Assembly: GCA_028023455.1 (NCBI GenBank)
Contig: JAQFVV010000011.1
Span: forward strand, 4,712,001 to 4,776,000
DNA length: 64,000 nt
Reading direction: 5' to 3'
DNA from: Epiperipatus broadwayi
Taxonomy: Eukaryota; Animalia; Onychophora
The notes below the pieces were generated by a model. It was not told the DNA's origin. It did no database searches and was given only the letters and a program-made list of their open reading frames with translations. Shown piece after piece: positions 63,751 to 64,000 of the stretch; position 1 is the stretch's first letter, and each line of letters opens with the position of its first letter. A program made the position numbers and the translations under genes.

Positions 63751-64000
63751 TAAATTTATTCAATTAACAATTTTACAAAGATAAATTTAAACTTTTAATA
63801 AGTGTCTACAAATTTCATATTAGTCCTGCAATGTAGGGGGGGAGATGGTATGCATTTTCACATCTGCAAGAATTAAAACTTATCAATTAACAGACGTTAT
63901 TGCAAATATGTGCTGGCACAATCTCCTCCCTCCCCAAAAACTTTAAAAAGTCTACTTTGACAGGGAACTAACTACATCGTGGTGGAAGAAATGAGAATGC

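Overview
Very AT-rich, CpG-depleted eukaryotic (animal-like) genomic DNA, mostly intronic or intergenic and dense in decayed retroelements. The only host coding sequence I can support is one exon (19813-19995, +) encoding a signal peptide plus the first half of a VWC (chordin-like) domain; I could not find its downstream exons. Recognisable transposon remnants: several RTE LINEs (one near full length at about 1911-5866), a Penelope-like RT fragment (DKG motif), a Ty3/gypsy RT/integrase/LTR remnant, a jockey/Vingi-like RT fragment, an L1/Tx1-like 3' end, hAT- and Harbinger-like fragments, and four tRNA-derived SINEs. The main result is a set of non-coding repeat families, labelled here HHR-A to HHR-E. 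Each carries a minimal type I hammerhead ribozyme motif; about 25 whole or partial motifs by eye, about 6 with an intact core. In families A-D the stem III is palindromic, and most loci are tandem and/or inverted (foldback) arrays. This is the known architecture of Penelope pseudo-LTRs and retrozymes. Notable features here are a family with an A.A juxtaposition flanking stem II, a family pairing the ribozyme with a Pol III B-box-like motif, and CpG decay hitting both the catalytic core and the dimerisation palindrome. Five further palindromic elements with no ribozyme are also present. No CRISPR, rRNA or bona fide tRNA was seen. All alignments and folds were done by eye, so boundaries are approximate.
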